A stretch of DNA of 56,398 nt, filler included, from Sphacelaria rigidula (lineage: Eukaryota), in assembly GCA_964200075.2 (NCBI GenBank). It is 4 parts of 4 records of this genome, joined end to end, with 100 filler letters (N's around TTAATTAATTAA, not from the genome) between each part and the next. Parts side by side here need not be neighbours in the genome. Positions count along the whole stretch, not along the records: positions 1 to 14,026 come from CAXNAA020002504.1; positions 14,127 to 28,152 come from CAXNAA020002505.1; 2 more parts are not named here. One strand, given 5' to 3'. The translations under genes were made by a program, and so were the position numbers. Each line of letters begins with the position of its first letter. The first letter of the stretch is position 1. The notes below the pieces were generated by a model, which ran no database searches, was not told the origin of the DNA, and saw only the letters and a list, made by a program, of their open reading frames with translations. Of this stretch, positions 12,990-23,013 are shown piece by piece.

Positions 12990-13196
12990 CTCGGGGAAGT
13001 CGAAGGGGGCAGACTTGCCCGCGGTCTTCTCGCCGGCGAAGAATTCGATGATCTTGAGCAGATCCGACATGTGGGAAATGACGATCTCAGCGCCCTTCCC
13101 GTTCTCAGATTTAAAGCCGGACATGAGCATCTCAGCGTGAGTGTCTTTCTTGAAGTCTGGGATGTGCGACGCACCCACGTATCCGACGATGAGCCC
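12990..13196 (-). CDS. HAD-superfamily hydrolase/phosphatase, penultimate exon; upstream exons are missing (scaffold end)
   Basis: GLIVGYVGASHIPDFKKDTHAEMLMSG...GAEIVISHMSDLLKII resembles the HAD C-terminus (GFTGGSH...HAxxL..GA..VI.DM..L). Donor GAG|GTGTGT. The acceptor position (AAAG|GG) is approximate. Confidence 0.7.
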
Positions 13197-13315
13197 TTTT
13201 TCGAACAACCACAACAAGCACGACCGAGTGGAATAAGAATCCAAGTGCAATAAGAATAAGGAAGGGCGGGCGTGACGACGAAGGTGCGCACGAGGGGGGG
13301 AGGAGGAGGGGGGTG

Positions 13316-13810
13316 TACTCATGATCTCGCATGCCGTAGTGGTAAGACCATTGACCTCGCATCCCTCCAAAGCCGGGACGGAACACGCCAGGTTTTCGCC
13401 GAACCAGGCTCGCAATCACGAAGCGTTCAGCGCGTCATGTGTCCGGTGGGTCGCATGAAGGGTGAGCTGCATGTATCCTATCAAGATTGTTCGGCCCGGA
13501 GTGTACTAACTATTTTGCAAATGGATGACAGCTTCCGAAGAGTTGCTTCGTGCTCTATCACTGCCACTTCCAGAGGCAGCCACGGGTTACACCACCTAAC
13601 GGGTGTCTGACCATTTAAACATTACGTGTTACGATCATTCCCTTTGCGCAGAGTTGAGGTTCTCCACCGCGCACAATCTTGTCTCACTCAACCACCATCA
13701 TGGTTACCGCAAAAGGATGCAAGCGAGAAAAAATGCGGCAACCTGATTGTCTAACTTACGCAGTGAATGGCGTGTTCACAGTGTTGTTGCCAACCGACAC
13801 CAACCCTTAA
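13316..13810 (-). mobile_element. Long copy of the GAGTA-ended retroposon (SINE-like, non-coding)
   Basis: Homologous to 7454-7592 and 33519-33928. The 3' end GAGTA is followed by CACCCCCCTCCTCC. The 5' boundary is approximate and sits next to another C-rich tract. An opposite-orientation copy starts near 13940 and runs into the gap. Confidence 0.75.
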
Positions 13811-14026
13811 AGGGAGTAGGGGTGGGGGGGGGAGGGGTACAGCGTCGAGGTGTACGTAGGGTTCCATAAAACTTTGATGTATGTCCAGCTAGCTGCCTAC
13901 GCTTCTCCTTTCTTTTCGTACTTTCAATCCCTCCTCTCCCTCGCGGCGTGGGAGAACCTCAACCCCGCACGAAGGGGATGATCATACTACGTAGTGTCTA
14001 AATGGTGAGACACCCATGCGGCAGTG

Positions 14027-14126
14027 NNNNNNNNNNNNNNNNNNNNNNNNNNNNNNNNNNNNNNNNNNNNTTAATTAATTAANNNNNNNNNNNNNNNNNN
14101 NNNNNNNNNNNNNNNNNNNNNNNNNN
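14027..14126. other. Artificial scaffold spacer
   Basis: N44-TTAATTAATTAA-N44 (stop codons in all six frames). Confidence 0.97.
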
Positions 14127-14191
14127 CTGGAACGTTCTAGCACGCTACGGTATACCCGACAAGATAATTTCCATCATCCTCCAATTTCATG

Positions 14192-16990
14192 TCCGCATGC
14201 CGTCATGAAATTGGAGGATGATGGAAATTATCTTGTCGGGTATACCGTAGCGTGCTAGAACGTTCCAGAGAAGAGAGCGGTCCACTGAGTCGTACGCCTT
14301 TTGGAGGTCGATGAAGCACATATAGAGAGGAATATTCTTCTCTCGAACCAGTTCTTGGAGTCTGCGTACCACGAACATCATGTCGACTGTGGAACGGCCA
14401 GGTCGGAAACCACATTGCGCTTCTGGGGAGATTCCCTTCCACTCGCAGTAGGCACGGGAGGCGAGTTGCAACTATCTTGAGTATCACCTTGCCCGCGTGG
14501 GACCCGAGAGAAATACCGCGGTAGTTGCCGCATTCGTACGGGTCCTGTTTCTTGAAGAGCACTTTGATTATAGTGTATTTCCACTCTTGCGGTACAACTT
14601 TCTGACGCCACACGGTGAGCACGATGTCGTGGAGGTACTTCAGGATGGCAGAGTCTTCAGTGCGGCCGAGCTTCAACAGTTCGCTACAGATGCCGTCCGT
14701 CCCAACGGCATTACCGTTCGCCAGTTTGCCCACCGCTTGCTTCACTTCTGCCGTCGATGACTCCGCCGCGAGCGGTGTGTGCTCTGGTAGCTGTTCGATG
14801 AGATCGATGACAGAGTGATGGATTGTAGGTGAGGTTGCGTTCAGCAGTGTGTTATACCATTCCTTCCATCGTTGCAGGATAGCTTGCTTGTCCCGCATCA
14901 GCTCGCTAGTCGCGCTCCGGACGTAGCTTGAGTCGCTCTGCTTCTTTCCTTCCAGTTCCAAGAATCTAATATGCTGGAACAGTCCTGCTTGATCCTTCTT
15001 GCGAACAAAGTCCGCGGTCCGGACTGTGAACTCGTGAACGAAGTTCTGCAGCTCAGCATCCTTCACCCGCCTAAACGCCTCGTCCGTCACCTTCAGCTCC
15101 TTCTTCAGGACAGTGTCTTTGGGGTATGCTCATTGTTTTTCCATACACTTTCCCGGAGATCCCATGCCTTTTGGAGGCGGTCCTGAGCTTGAGATGACTC
15201 ACTGAAACCTCTAGATAGGGTTTTCTTAGGGCATCGAGGTAGTGTATCCGCGGCCGTCTGTCGCACGGCGTTGGCGAACGTAGATGCCATATGGTTGACG
15301 TCCATCACTGCGGGGAAATCAGTGGCATTTGGGAGCTTAACGACAATGGCCTGTGCAACAGTAGCTCTCCAGCTTCGGTCGGATGCGAGGGCTTGGCGAT
15401 CGAAACGCACTCCCCTCTCCCCGCCTCTCGGTCGGGGTTGGCGGTTGGGGGCGTTCCGTCCACGGAGACGGATGGCGGCAGAGACCAGATGATGGTCCGA
15501 TTTCATCTCGGGGTGCAACGTGACATTTCGGACGAGTCTGCGGTCTTGCTGACGTACGAGGATGTAGTCCAGGCGCCAGCGGTGTTCGACCTTCGGCCCC
15601 GCATATGTGTACGCGGTCGAGCTTTCCCCGCGAATTGGTGTGCGAAAAAACGTGTTTGTGATAGCCATTTTATTTTCCGCGGCGCATTTCAGGAGGCGTC
15701 TACCATTATCGTTGCGGATGTCTCTGCCATACTCTCCCAATACCCAAGCGTCATCCATGCCTCCTACTTCTCTCTTTCCGGTACGAGCATTGGCATCCAT
15801 CACTAGTACTAGGTGCTTGTTGGTGGGCACTTCAGCGATGGAACTACCGAGAATTTTTCAGAACGTGGTCTTATCAGAACGTTGCGCTGTCTCAGTAGGA
15901 GCATACCCTACAATGAAGGTTGTGGCAACTCTATGCCGGAAAGCTACTCGTACCTTCAGGATTCTGGCACTCACTTGTTCGGGAGTGATGGCATCGAACC
16001 CAGTGTGTTGGCGATAAACTCCTTGATGGCAAGGCCGACTCCGAGCATTCCCGGTTTCCCCCCGTCTCCATGGCAGTGGCCTCTGCCGTGAACAATGTAG
16101 CCTGTTGCCGGTGCGTGGAAGGTTGTTCGTCCATCGCGACGGATTTCTTGGAGGGCGACGAAATGACAGTTGTACTGGGATGCAAAAAGCAGAAGGTCCT
16201 CTACGTGGTCTCGGCCATGGTGCGTACGTTCCACGTGGCCACCACCGGCTCTTTGGATCGAGCCTCCGCCCTTGCGGCAGTACGATTGGCGTTAGCCTGA
16301 GCTTTCGCGGCTCGACGAGCTGGTCTTTCCCTCCTTCTCTTCCTTCCTTTTTCTCTGCCCCTTTCTTTCTTGTGTCTAATCCAGCGTTTTGTGTGCTACA
16401 ATTCTCCGTTTCCACGCACTCTTGTGCCCACCCTGGTTCATGCCTATCTGTTCCTGCGTGAGGTTCAGCGGACCTCGCGCACGTCGACCTCCATCAAGTC
16501 GACCTTTATGCTTACACGCACGCCGCTGTCTGCTCTCAGAGCTACGGCAACAATACTTTCGGCGGTGGCGATACATAGTCGGAGTAGCGGCCCCTTCCGT
16601 CAGCGGTAGGGCGTGTTCCGATATCATCGCCATGTAGTAGCACGTTTACGGGGGGTAAACACCGTATGGTGCGTTCAGGAGCGCTGGCGCAATGGGCATT
16701 CAAACCCACCCCACTCTGGGGCGTAGCAGTGAGATAGTAGGAGGTAGGTAATCTTCGCACAAGCCGAGTGTTGTACTCTTCTAGGGGTCGCTGTCATAGC
16801 TGGCCTATACCCGATGACGGCGGTTCGGGTCTACGACCAGGGAAAGGTGCCGACTGTATCACAGGTGATGACCACCGTATGGCTTGCACGAGCAGGGGTA
16901 CGTGGACTGAGAGGTAACCCAGCTGCCACACCGGCGTGGTACGAAGTAGATTGACAGTAGATGTCAGAGATAATCCGTTCTAGCCAAATT
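14192..16990 (-). mobile_element. RTE-clade LINE (APE endonuclease plus RT N-terminal part), degenerate, 3' part cut by the scaffold end
   Basis: [83 protein letters not shown]. Several frameshifts. The 5' limit is approximate. Confidence 0.92.
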
Positions 16991-17117
16991 GCTGCGTCTC
17001 CCCTTGAGTCGCTGCCGTCAGCCAGCCAAACCCAGCCTCAGCGCTCGGGCCGAGGCTGGAAGGAAATTAGCCAGCGTAATGAAAAAAATCAAAGTTCTCG
17101 AATCCAAAAAAATAATG

Positions 17118-17342
17118 GAATCATCCTACGATAGGGGGGGNNNNNNNNNNTGTGTCAGACATCCTTCCACACTTGCGTTTCGCTTGTATTTGGTTCGAAA
17201 CGGTGTCAGGCAGTTTGGATAAGCGTTATTGATCCACAACAAACTTGTTCGAACGACCGTTGCTGCTTTCAACGACGATCTGCCTCGAAATTTCGAGCAT
17301 CAAATGGCCCAAAATACCCCCCCCCCTATCGTAGGATGACTC
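17118..17342. mobile_element. MITE with GA(G)TCATCCTACG termini and 4-bp TSD AATG (Sola-like)
   Basis: AATG-GAATCATCCTACGATAGGGGGGG ... CCCCCCCTATCGTAGGATGACTC-AATG. A related left end GAGTGATCCTACGATAG is at 42202. Confidence 0.8.
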
Positions 17343-17990
17343 AATGGTATCCATGATGGAGTAGAGCTGCCTGAGGAAAGTTAAGAATCGAGTATGGTTG
17401 CATATTCACGCTGATCACAGAATCCATAGCCGCGTAGGCCGTTCGCCATCCTCCTCCTTGCGTCCCAGGTTTGTTCGGGTATTCCCACTTGCTGTACGTG
17501 GCTCTTCCTGCATCCCCAGTCAATGGTGGTTCCAGAGATAGTCTGTCTTGATCCTTGAACCGACATGTTGCTGAGGCGAGGTCTTGCGTGCGGTGTCACG
17601 CCATGGTTCCTCATCGCCTGCGCGAGAGTTGCGGTTGTTGCTAGTGTTGACACCATGGCGTATCACTTGTCGGCGCGTGTTGCGGGGGATTCTTCCACGG
17701 TTGTTGTCGAGGTTGTTGGCGTTGATGAAATTGCTTCCTAGTCCGCGCATTGTTTAAAAAGGGAGTAGTGATGTACGATGTTTTGTTGGTAGGAGTAAGT
17801 GAAGATGAGGAAGGGGTTTTGTAAATTGTGATGGGATGTGCGTCGATGTGGAGCTCAGGTTTGCCTTGTCGAAGTATTGACGGACGAAAGTCGACACGTC
17901 CCCTTTGATAATGACGTACTGGCAATGACGCACGACGCTTGGTACGTCACCTTTGATAATGACGCAGTACTGTTGCCTCCGGTGGTAGGG

Positions 17991-19021
17991 TCACTTCCCG
18001 AAATCGACGACTGCGTTCAGGAGTCGTCGGTGGTTTGTCTTCTCGCAATGCTCAGCAAGTATATCGGGCAATTGACGGCTAGTACTGACATGCTTAACAA
18101 TCAGCTGGTCGTTGTTGATAAGACCCTTGAGATTGTAGAATCTGATAGCCAGATGTTCACTAGCGTTACTATGGGTCGCGTTCGATGAAAAATGAAGAGC
18201 TCTCTGGGAATCGGAGAAGACGATTGGAGGCCGTACAGCCGACCACCCGAGCTCTCGCAAAATATAAAAAAGGTATGTACCGAATTTTCCTCCTCTCACC
18301 AGTGCTAGAAGCTCAGTTCGGTTGTGGACGAGGCTGTAATCTGCTGTAAGCTTGAAGAAAAATGTACGAGTCCGTTCGCCGGACAGAACATGGTGCCCGT
18401 CGTTGAGCTCATTTTTCGACCTCATTTTCCCTCCAAGACCTGAGCTCCCATATGGCGAATCAACAAAACATTTTAGTTCCATGTTGCTTCTTTAGATGCA
18501 GTAGACGATGGGCAGGTCCGGTGTACTATTCAGACAGCGAACAATACGTTTAACAGCTGTCAAGTGTTTCGTCGTAGGTTTACTCATATAGCAGGCGACC
18601 TGGGTGACGCTAAAGGCTATGTCGAATCTCGTGCACTGGGATAGGGAAATGGAACTTCCCACCATAGTTTGATACTACTTTATCGCCTGAAAATCCGGTA
18701 GATGTTCCGCCGTGGCGGGTAGGGTACTGTTGGTGATCCCAGGCGTATGTACTGAATTGCAGGACTCCACATTCAATGTTTGAAGCAATGAGATGACGTA
18801 TTTGTGTTGACATAGTTTTAGCGTTCCCCGCTCTGCATCGCATCAACGTAATGAGCGCTGCCGGAAGGTTGAAGGTGGCTATATTAGAGAAACATGATGA
18901 GCTTTTGAAGAAAGCCCCAGAATGTTGGAGGTGTCTCTATTAGGAGTTGGAATGGTGCTCTGTCTCGAACGGGGTGCGTGGTCAATGGCCAAACGACTTA
19001 GGCAAGCAACAAATGAGTACG

Positions 19022-19053
<32 letters not shown>

Positions 19054-20929
19054 ACCCCCCTCCAACCCACCCACCTACCATGAANNNNNNNNNNGGGTTG
19101 GAAGGGGGCCCTTGCTCGGACGGGGTGGGGGGTCAATGGCCAAACCACTTTGGCAAGACAAAAAAGAGGACCCCCCCCCCCCCCCCCCTGCTCTGCATAT
19201 CCGTTCTCTCCATGCCAAGGTTAAGAGATACTGGTCCGAGCTCTGAAATGGAGACTTCCTTTTTGGGTGTATCTTGAACATCTTGTAGAAGCTTGATAGA
19301 AGGTCCGGTCAGAAGGATGCCATTGACAAATAACGTAAACGTAACGTACTTACTATTTTGCCCTCTCGTATAGACGCAGGGGTCGCTCGCAGTAGCAGTA
19401 AAGCCGATTTTTCTCAGGTCGGAGTCTACCGTTGCATCCATACATTCGGGCTCTGGCGGAGACTGTACAAAGCTCGGCGCAAACGCATCACATGTGGTTA
19501 TCCGGTAGTAGGGCCCGTTGTCTCAAAGCCCGGTGGCTGCTTGAAGACTGCCATCTCCTGTAGGTTTCCATTTTAAAAGGCTGTTTGAACATCGAGCGCA
19601 ATTACTGGCCAGTTTTTTGCAGTTGCAATCGCGAGAAGGATTCGCTGACTTTCAAGGTGGCAGACTGGTGCAAACGTGCTTCCGCAATCGAAGCCGTGTC
19701 GTTGTGCCCATCATTATACAACTAGTCGAACCTTGAATCGTCCGTCAGCTTTGACATTATAGTTCCATCGCGTGCCAATTATGTTTTCATTCGGTGAAAC
19801 TGTTCCAGCTGGAATAGTATCAGCCACGCGATGGTCTTGGATGCTGCGGAGTTCGACCAACATGGCTGCTCTCCATTTTGATGCGAACGGTGAGGAAGAT
19901 ACTTGTCTGGGGTTGTTTGAAACGGGAATTGATGCAGGTGATACTACGCTTTCAATGCCAACCGTTCCGATACACTGTAGAACAGTTTTCAGGGCCATGG
20001 ATGGGTGTGGTGAATGCTCTGCCGTCAGGGCTAGTTTGCGTAGTTCTCGAGACTGCTGTTGAGTAGTTGGAGATGATGTAGTGTGGTCCACGATGCCACC
20101 AGATCGTAGTCGCACTGGATGCGTAGAGGCAGTAGAACTGTCGTCGAAGTTCTCCAGCTGCTTTATGCCTTCGTAAACGTTGTTGTTGGAGTTATTGTTG
20201 AAGTCGAAATCATTCTGCTTCGTGTGTTCCTCATATTGTTGAGTGTTAATATTCCTCCCCTAAGTAGCCGGAATTGAAACTTGCCACATGTTGGTTGAAG
20301 CTCCGGATGCTTGTTCAATGAATGTTACGTTCCAGGAACTACTAATCCTGCCAGAGTACCCATCGAAGATGCGGTATGAAGGGCTGTCGCTTCCGTACGC
20401 TATTGGAACTCCCCCCCAGGCATTGTCCTCAAGTCTATCGAGATGCCCTTCCATGTGTACGAACGCACGACAGCCTATGGCACGCAGAAACGATGATTTC
20501 GCCTGTTTCCCGAATGTCCGGTAGTATGATGTTTCGCCATTGATGCTCCGATGCGGTAGGCGATTAATTAAAAATACTGCAGTCGCAGCGATCTCCCCTT
20601 AGAGATATTTGGAAAGTTTCGCTTCGTTTAAGAGGCAACGGGTTATGTTCAGAATAGTTCTTCCGTTGCGTTCTGACATACCATTCTGTTGTGGTGTGTA
20701 GGGCCCCGTAAATTCTTGGAGAATTCCAGTTGTTTTGCAGTATCGACGAAAATGTCCCGCGATGGATTCTCCTCCGCTGTCCAGCCGCAGGCGATGTACT
20801 CGAAGTCCTAAGGGAATCGTCACGTCTTGAATGTACTTGCAGAGGGTAGAAAGCGCGTCACTTTTTGCCTTGAAGTATACAACTTCCAGTCGACTTGTAG
20901 AGTAGTCCACCTACAGTACCCACGCAACA
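17991..20929 (-). mobile_element. Ty1/Copia pol remnant (integrase-RT-RNase H)
   Basis: PYTPQQNGMSERNGRTI (integrase), IIGTRWNYNVKADGRFKVRLV, LDVQTAF, TASDPCVY (RT), FSDSQRAL..HLAIRFY..QLPDIL (RNase H). Copia domain order, many stops and frameshifts. Confidence 0.93.
18839..19019 (+). mobile_element. 3' fragment of a putative LINE (ORF C-terminus plus GAGTA-ended 3'UTR) inserted in the Copia RT
   Basis: TSD CCCCGCTCTGCAT (18826-18838) / CCCC(T)GCTCTGCAT (ends 19198). Open frame RINVMSAAGRLKVAILEKHDELLKKAPECWRCLY-stop, then GGTCAATGGCCAAACGACTTAGGCAAGCAACAAATGAGTA. Confidence 0.75.
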
Positions 20930-23013
20930 TGTAGATATGCGGCGGATCCTGGGTTGATTGTTTGGAGGATGACTATTGGATGCGTAACATATCGTGTTCG
21001 TGAGGAAAGCCCGTGAAGCTTACTTCCAGTTAACGAAGACTGCCGTTTGTATAACTGCTTGGAGTCTTGAAGTCTCTGGAGCCCGTGACTGGGAGGAAGC
21101 CTCTGGAGCAGCACTGTAACCTTGTCCTGATTGCAGGTAGGTTCACAATAAACGTTTATTCAGGAAACTTGTCGTTTCTGGATTGGGTCTTGGACGTCGC
21201 ACCCGCCGACTGTTTGTAAAAAGTAAGGACGCTTACGTTGAATAGCGGGGGGGGAGGAGCTGCGTAGAGAGAGGCGCAGGCCACACGAATCCAAGGCGAC
21301 TGCGGTGACAGGAGGCTGTTGGAAGGATGGCAGCGCGAAGGAAAGGAGGCACCAGCGAGACGGTTGATGAAGTGAAGTTTGCAGTGACCGAATTGACCTT
21401 GGGTGGATCCTTGAAATTGCCCGAAAATGGGCGAGTATTCAGTGAGCAAGCTTCCAGACGCTTTTACCAAAGGTATCGCAAATGTGAGAAGGCAGTGGGG
21501 AAAAGTAACCAAGGTAGGTCGGTAAAGTGCGCACTCTTGACCATGCAAGAGTTGGTGCCAAAGCACATCCAGAACTGCGTGTCTGACACCATCTTTGACG
21601 GGTCGCCCCTCGACGAAGACGAATTGCAGCAAGGGATTGCACGCCATGCCAAATGCTGGATCGATATGGAACTTGATCCTTCCGAAGCTGCAGCAGGCGT
21701 GAAAAAGGCCCTTGCCGCACGGTCTGAACGAACTGCAATGGATCGAGTAGAAGGGAAATGGAGTTCATTATAGGAGTACTTTGCGGAAAACGCAGGTGCC
21801 GAGTGCGTTTTCCTTGAATCTGGCCGTACGTTCAAGGCTGGTCCAGCACACACTATTACCAGAGCTATGGTCGCCAGCCTGACCCCACCTGAGTTCAAGA
21901 ATATAGTTCAAAATATACTTTATATGAAAAGGGATTGGAAAGAGAGCCCGAAAGTGGTGTATGAGGTAGCTCATGACTTGGCGGGAAAATGGAAAACTGT
22001 TGAGGAGGCTGACAAACACCGCCGACAGCAACCGCAACTTAGGCAAAAAAGCGGCTCACAAGGCTAAAAAACTGACATCGCATGCCGGTGCCGCGGCTGC
22101 GGCCGCCGCAGCAGGTACTGGCGGCGCAGGTACTGGCGGTAAGAGCTCGAAAAAGCCCCACAAATCTGGTCCGAGCTGTGCAGGTTGTTTTGAGTGTGGC
22201 GATAAGGGCCACTACAAGAAGGACTGTCACAAACAGAGCACACCTGCGGCCGCGGTGAGTGCGTCCTGTGGGCAAGCAAAGTTGTCGCCGCCGCCGCAGC
22301 AGCAGCAGCAGCAACAACAGGTCCATGGTCAGCGGGGGGGCGATAAAGGTCCTGCTCCCACACGGGCTGTTTTCCCAGGAAATGAAGCGAGGTTGGAGCC
22401 CACCGAGTCTTGCACAGCTGCAGCAACTGTGCAACATCTGCTGGCGTGGCGCAAGGCGTTGGGCCCGCCGGAGGTCTGGGTTAGTGACACCGCATCGCAT
22501 TTTAAGAACCATGTGATGCGAGCATTGGAGAAGGCGCTGAAGCTGGACAGGAGGTTCGCGGTTCCAAACTCAACGTGGTCAAATGGTACGTGTGAAAGGA
22601 TGATGCGAGAGGTTGTCCGCACTTTGAAGGCCATGCTGCAAAAAGAGAGGCGCGACGTTCGTGACTGGGTGGGACTGGTGCCTGTCGTACAGTGGGCACT
22701 GAACACGGCATTCCGCGAGCGCTACGCCAGTACGCCATACCATGTGATGTTTGGACGAGCGCCGCGCACAAGTTTTTCAACCCTGGCATCGTCGACTGGC
22801 GGCGAGTGGCGACTTGATGTGCTGGATGATGACATGCTGCGGGAGAAGGTGGCGTCAGTCGTGGAAGCGCAGCAAGCGTTGCACGAAGAGGTGGCGCAGC
22901 GTGCTGAGAAGACTCGTGAACTGTAACGACGTGTGGCTAGTACGGGACAGTTGCCAAATTTCATGGTGGGTGACTATGTGCTGGCTGCGAGGGTGAGGCA
23001 CTCAGGTACAACG
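20930..23013 (+). mobile_element. Internally deleted LTR retrotransposon (putative LTR, gag with CCHC knuckle fused to the integrase core)
   Basis: Candidate LTR TG(20930)..AATAAA..CA(21162). Gag-like ORF from 21327 with an internal TAG. CFECGDKGHYKKDC is followed directly by WVSDTASHF..SNGTCERMMREV..ALNT..TPYHVMFGR. No protease, RT or RNase H. Confidence 0.82.

Noticed and set aside
14127-14268. Perfect 65-bp inverted duplication of LINE RT sequence
   Set aside because: It lies exactly at a scaffold start and is 100% identical, which is typical of a fold-back read or assembly artefact.
16760-16990. HDV-like ribozyme at the RTE 5' end
   Set aside because: A TCCACGT loop-like word is present, but I could not build P1, P2 and P3 pairings by eye. 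A descriptor search would be needed.
19085-19190. Apparent second tandem copy of the GAGTA terminus
   Set aside because: It is next to an N gap and a poly-C tract and looks like a low-quality re-read of 18960-19050.
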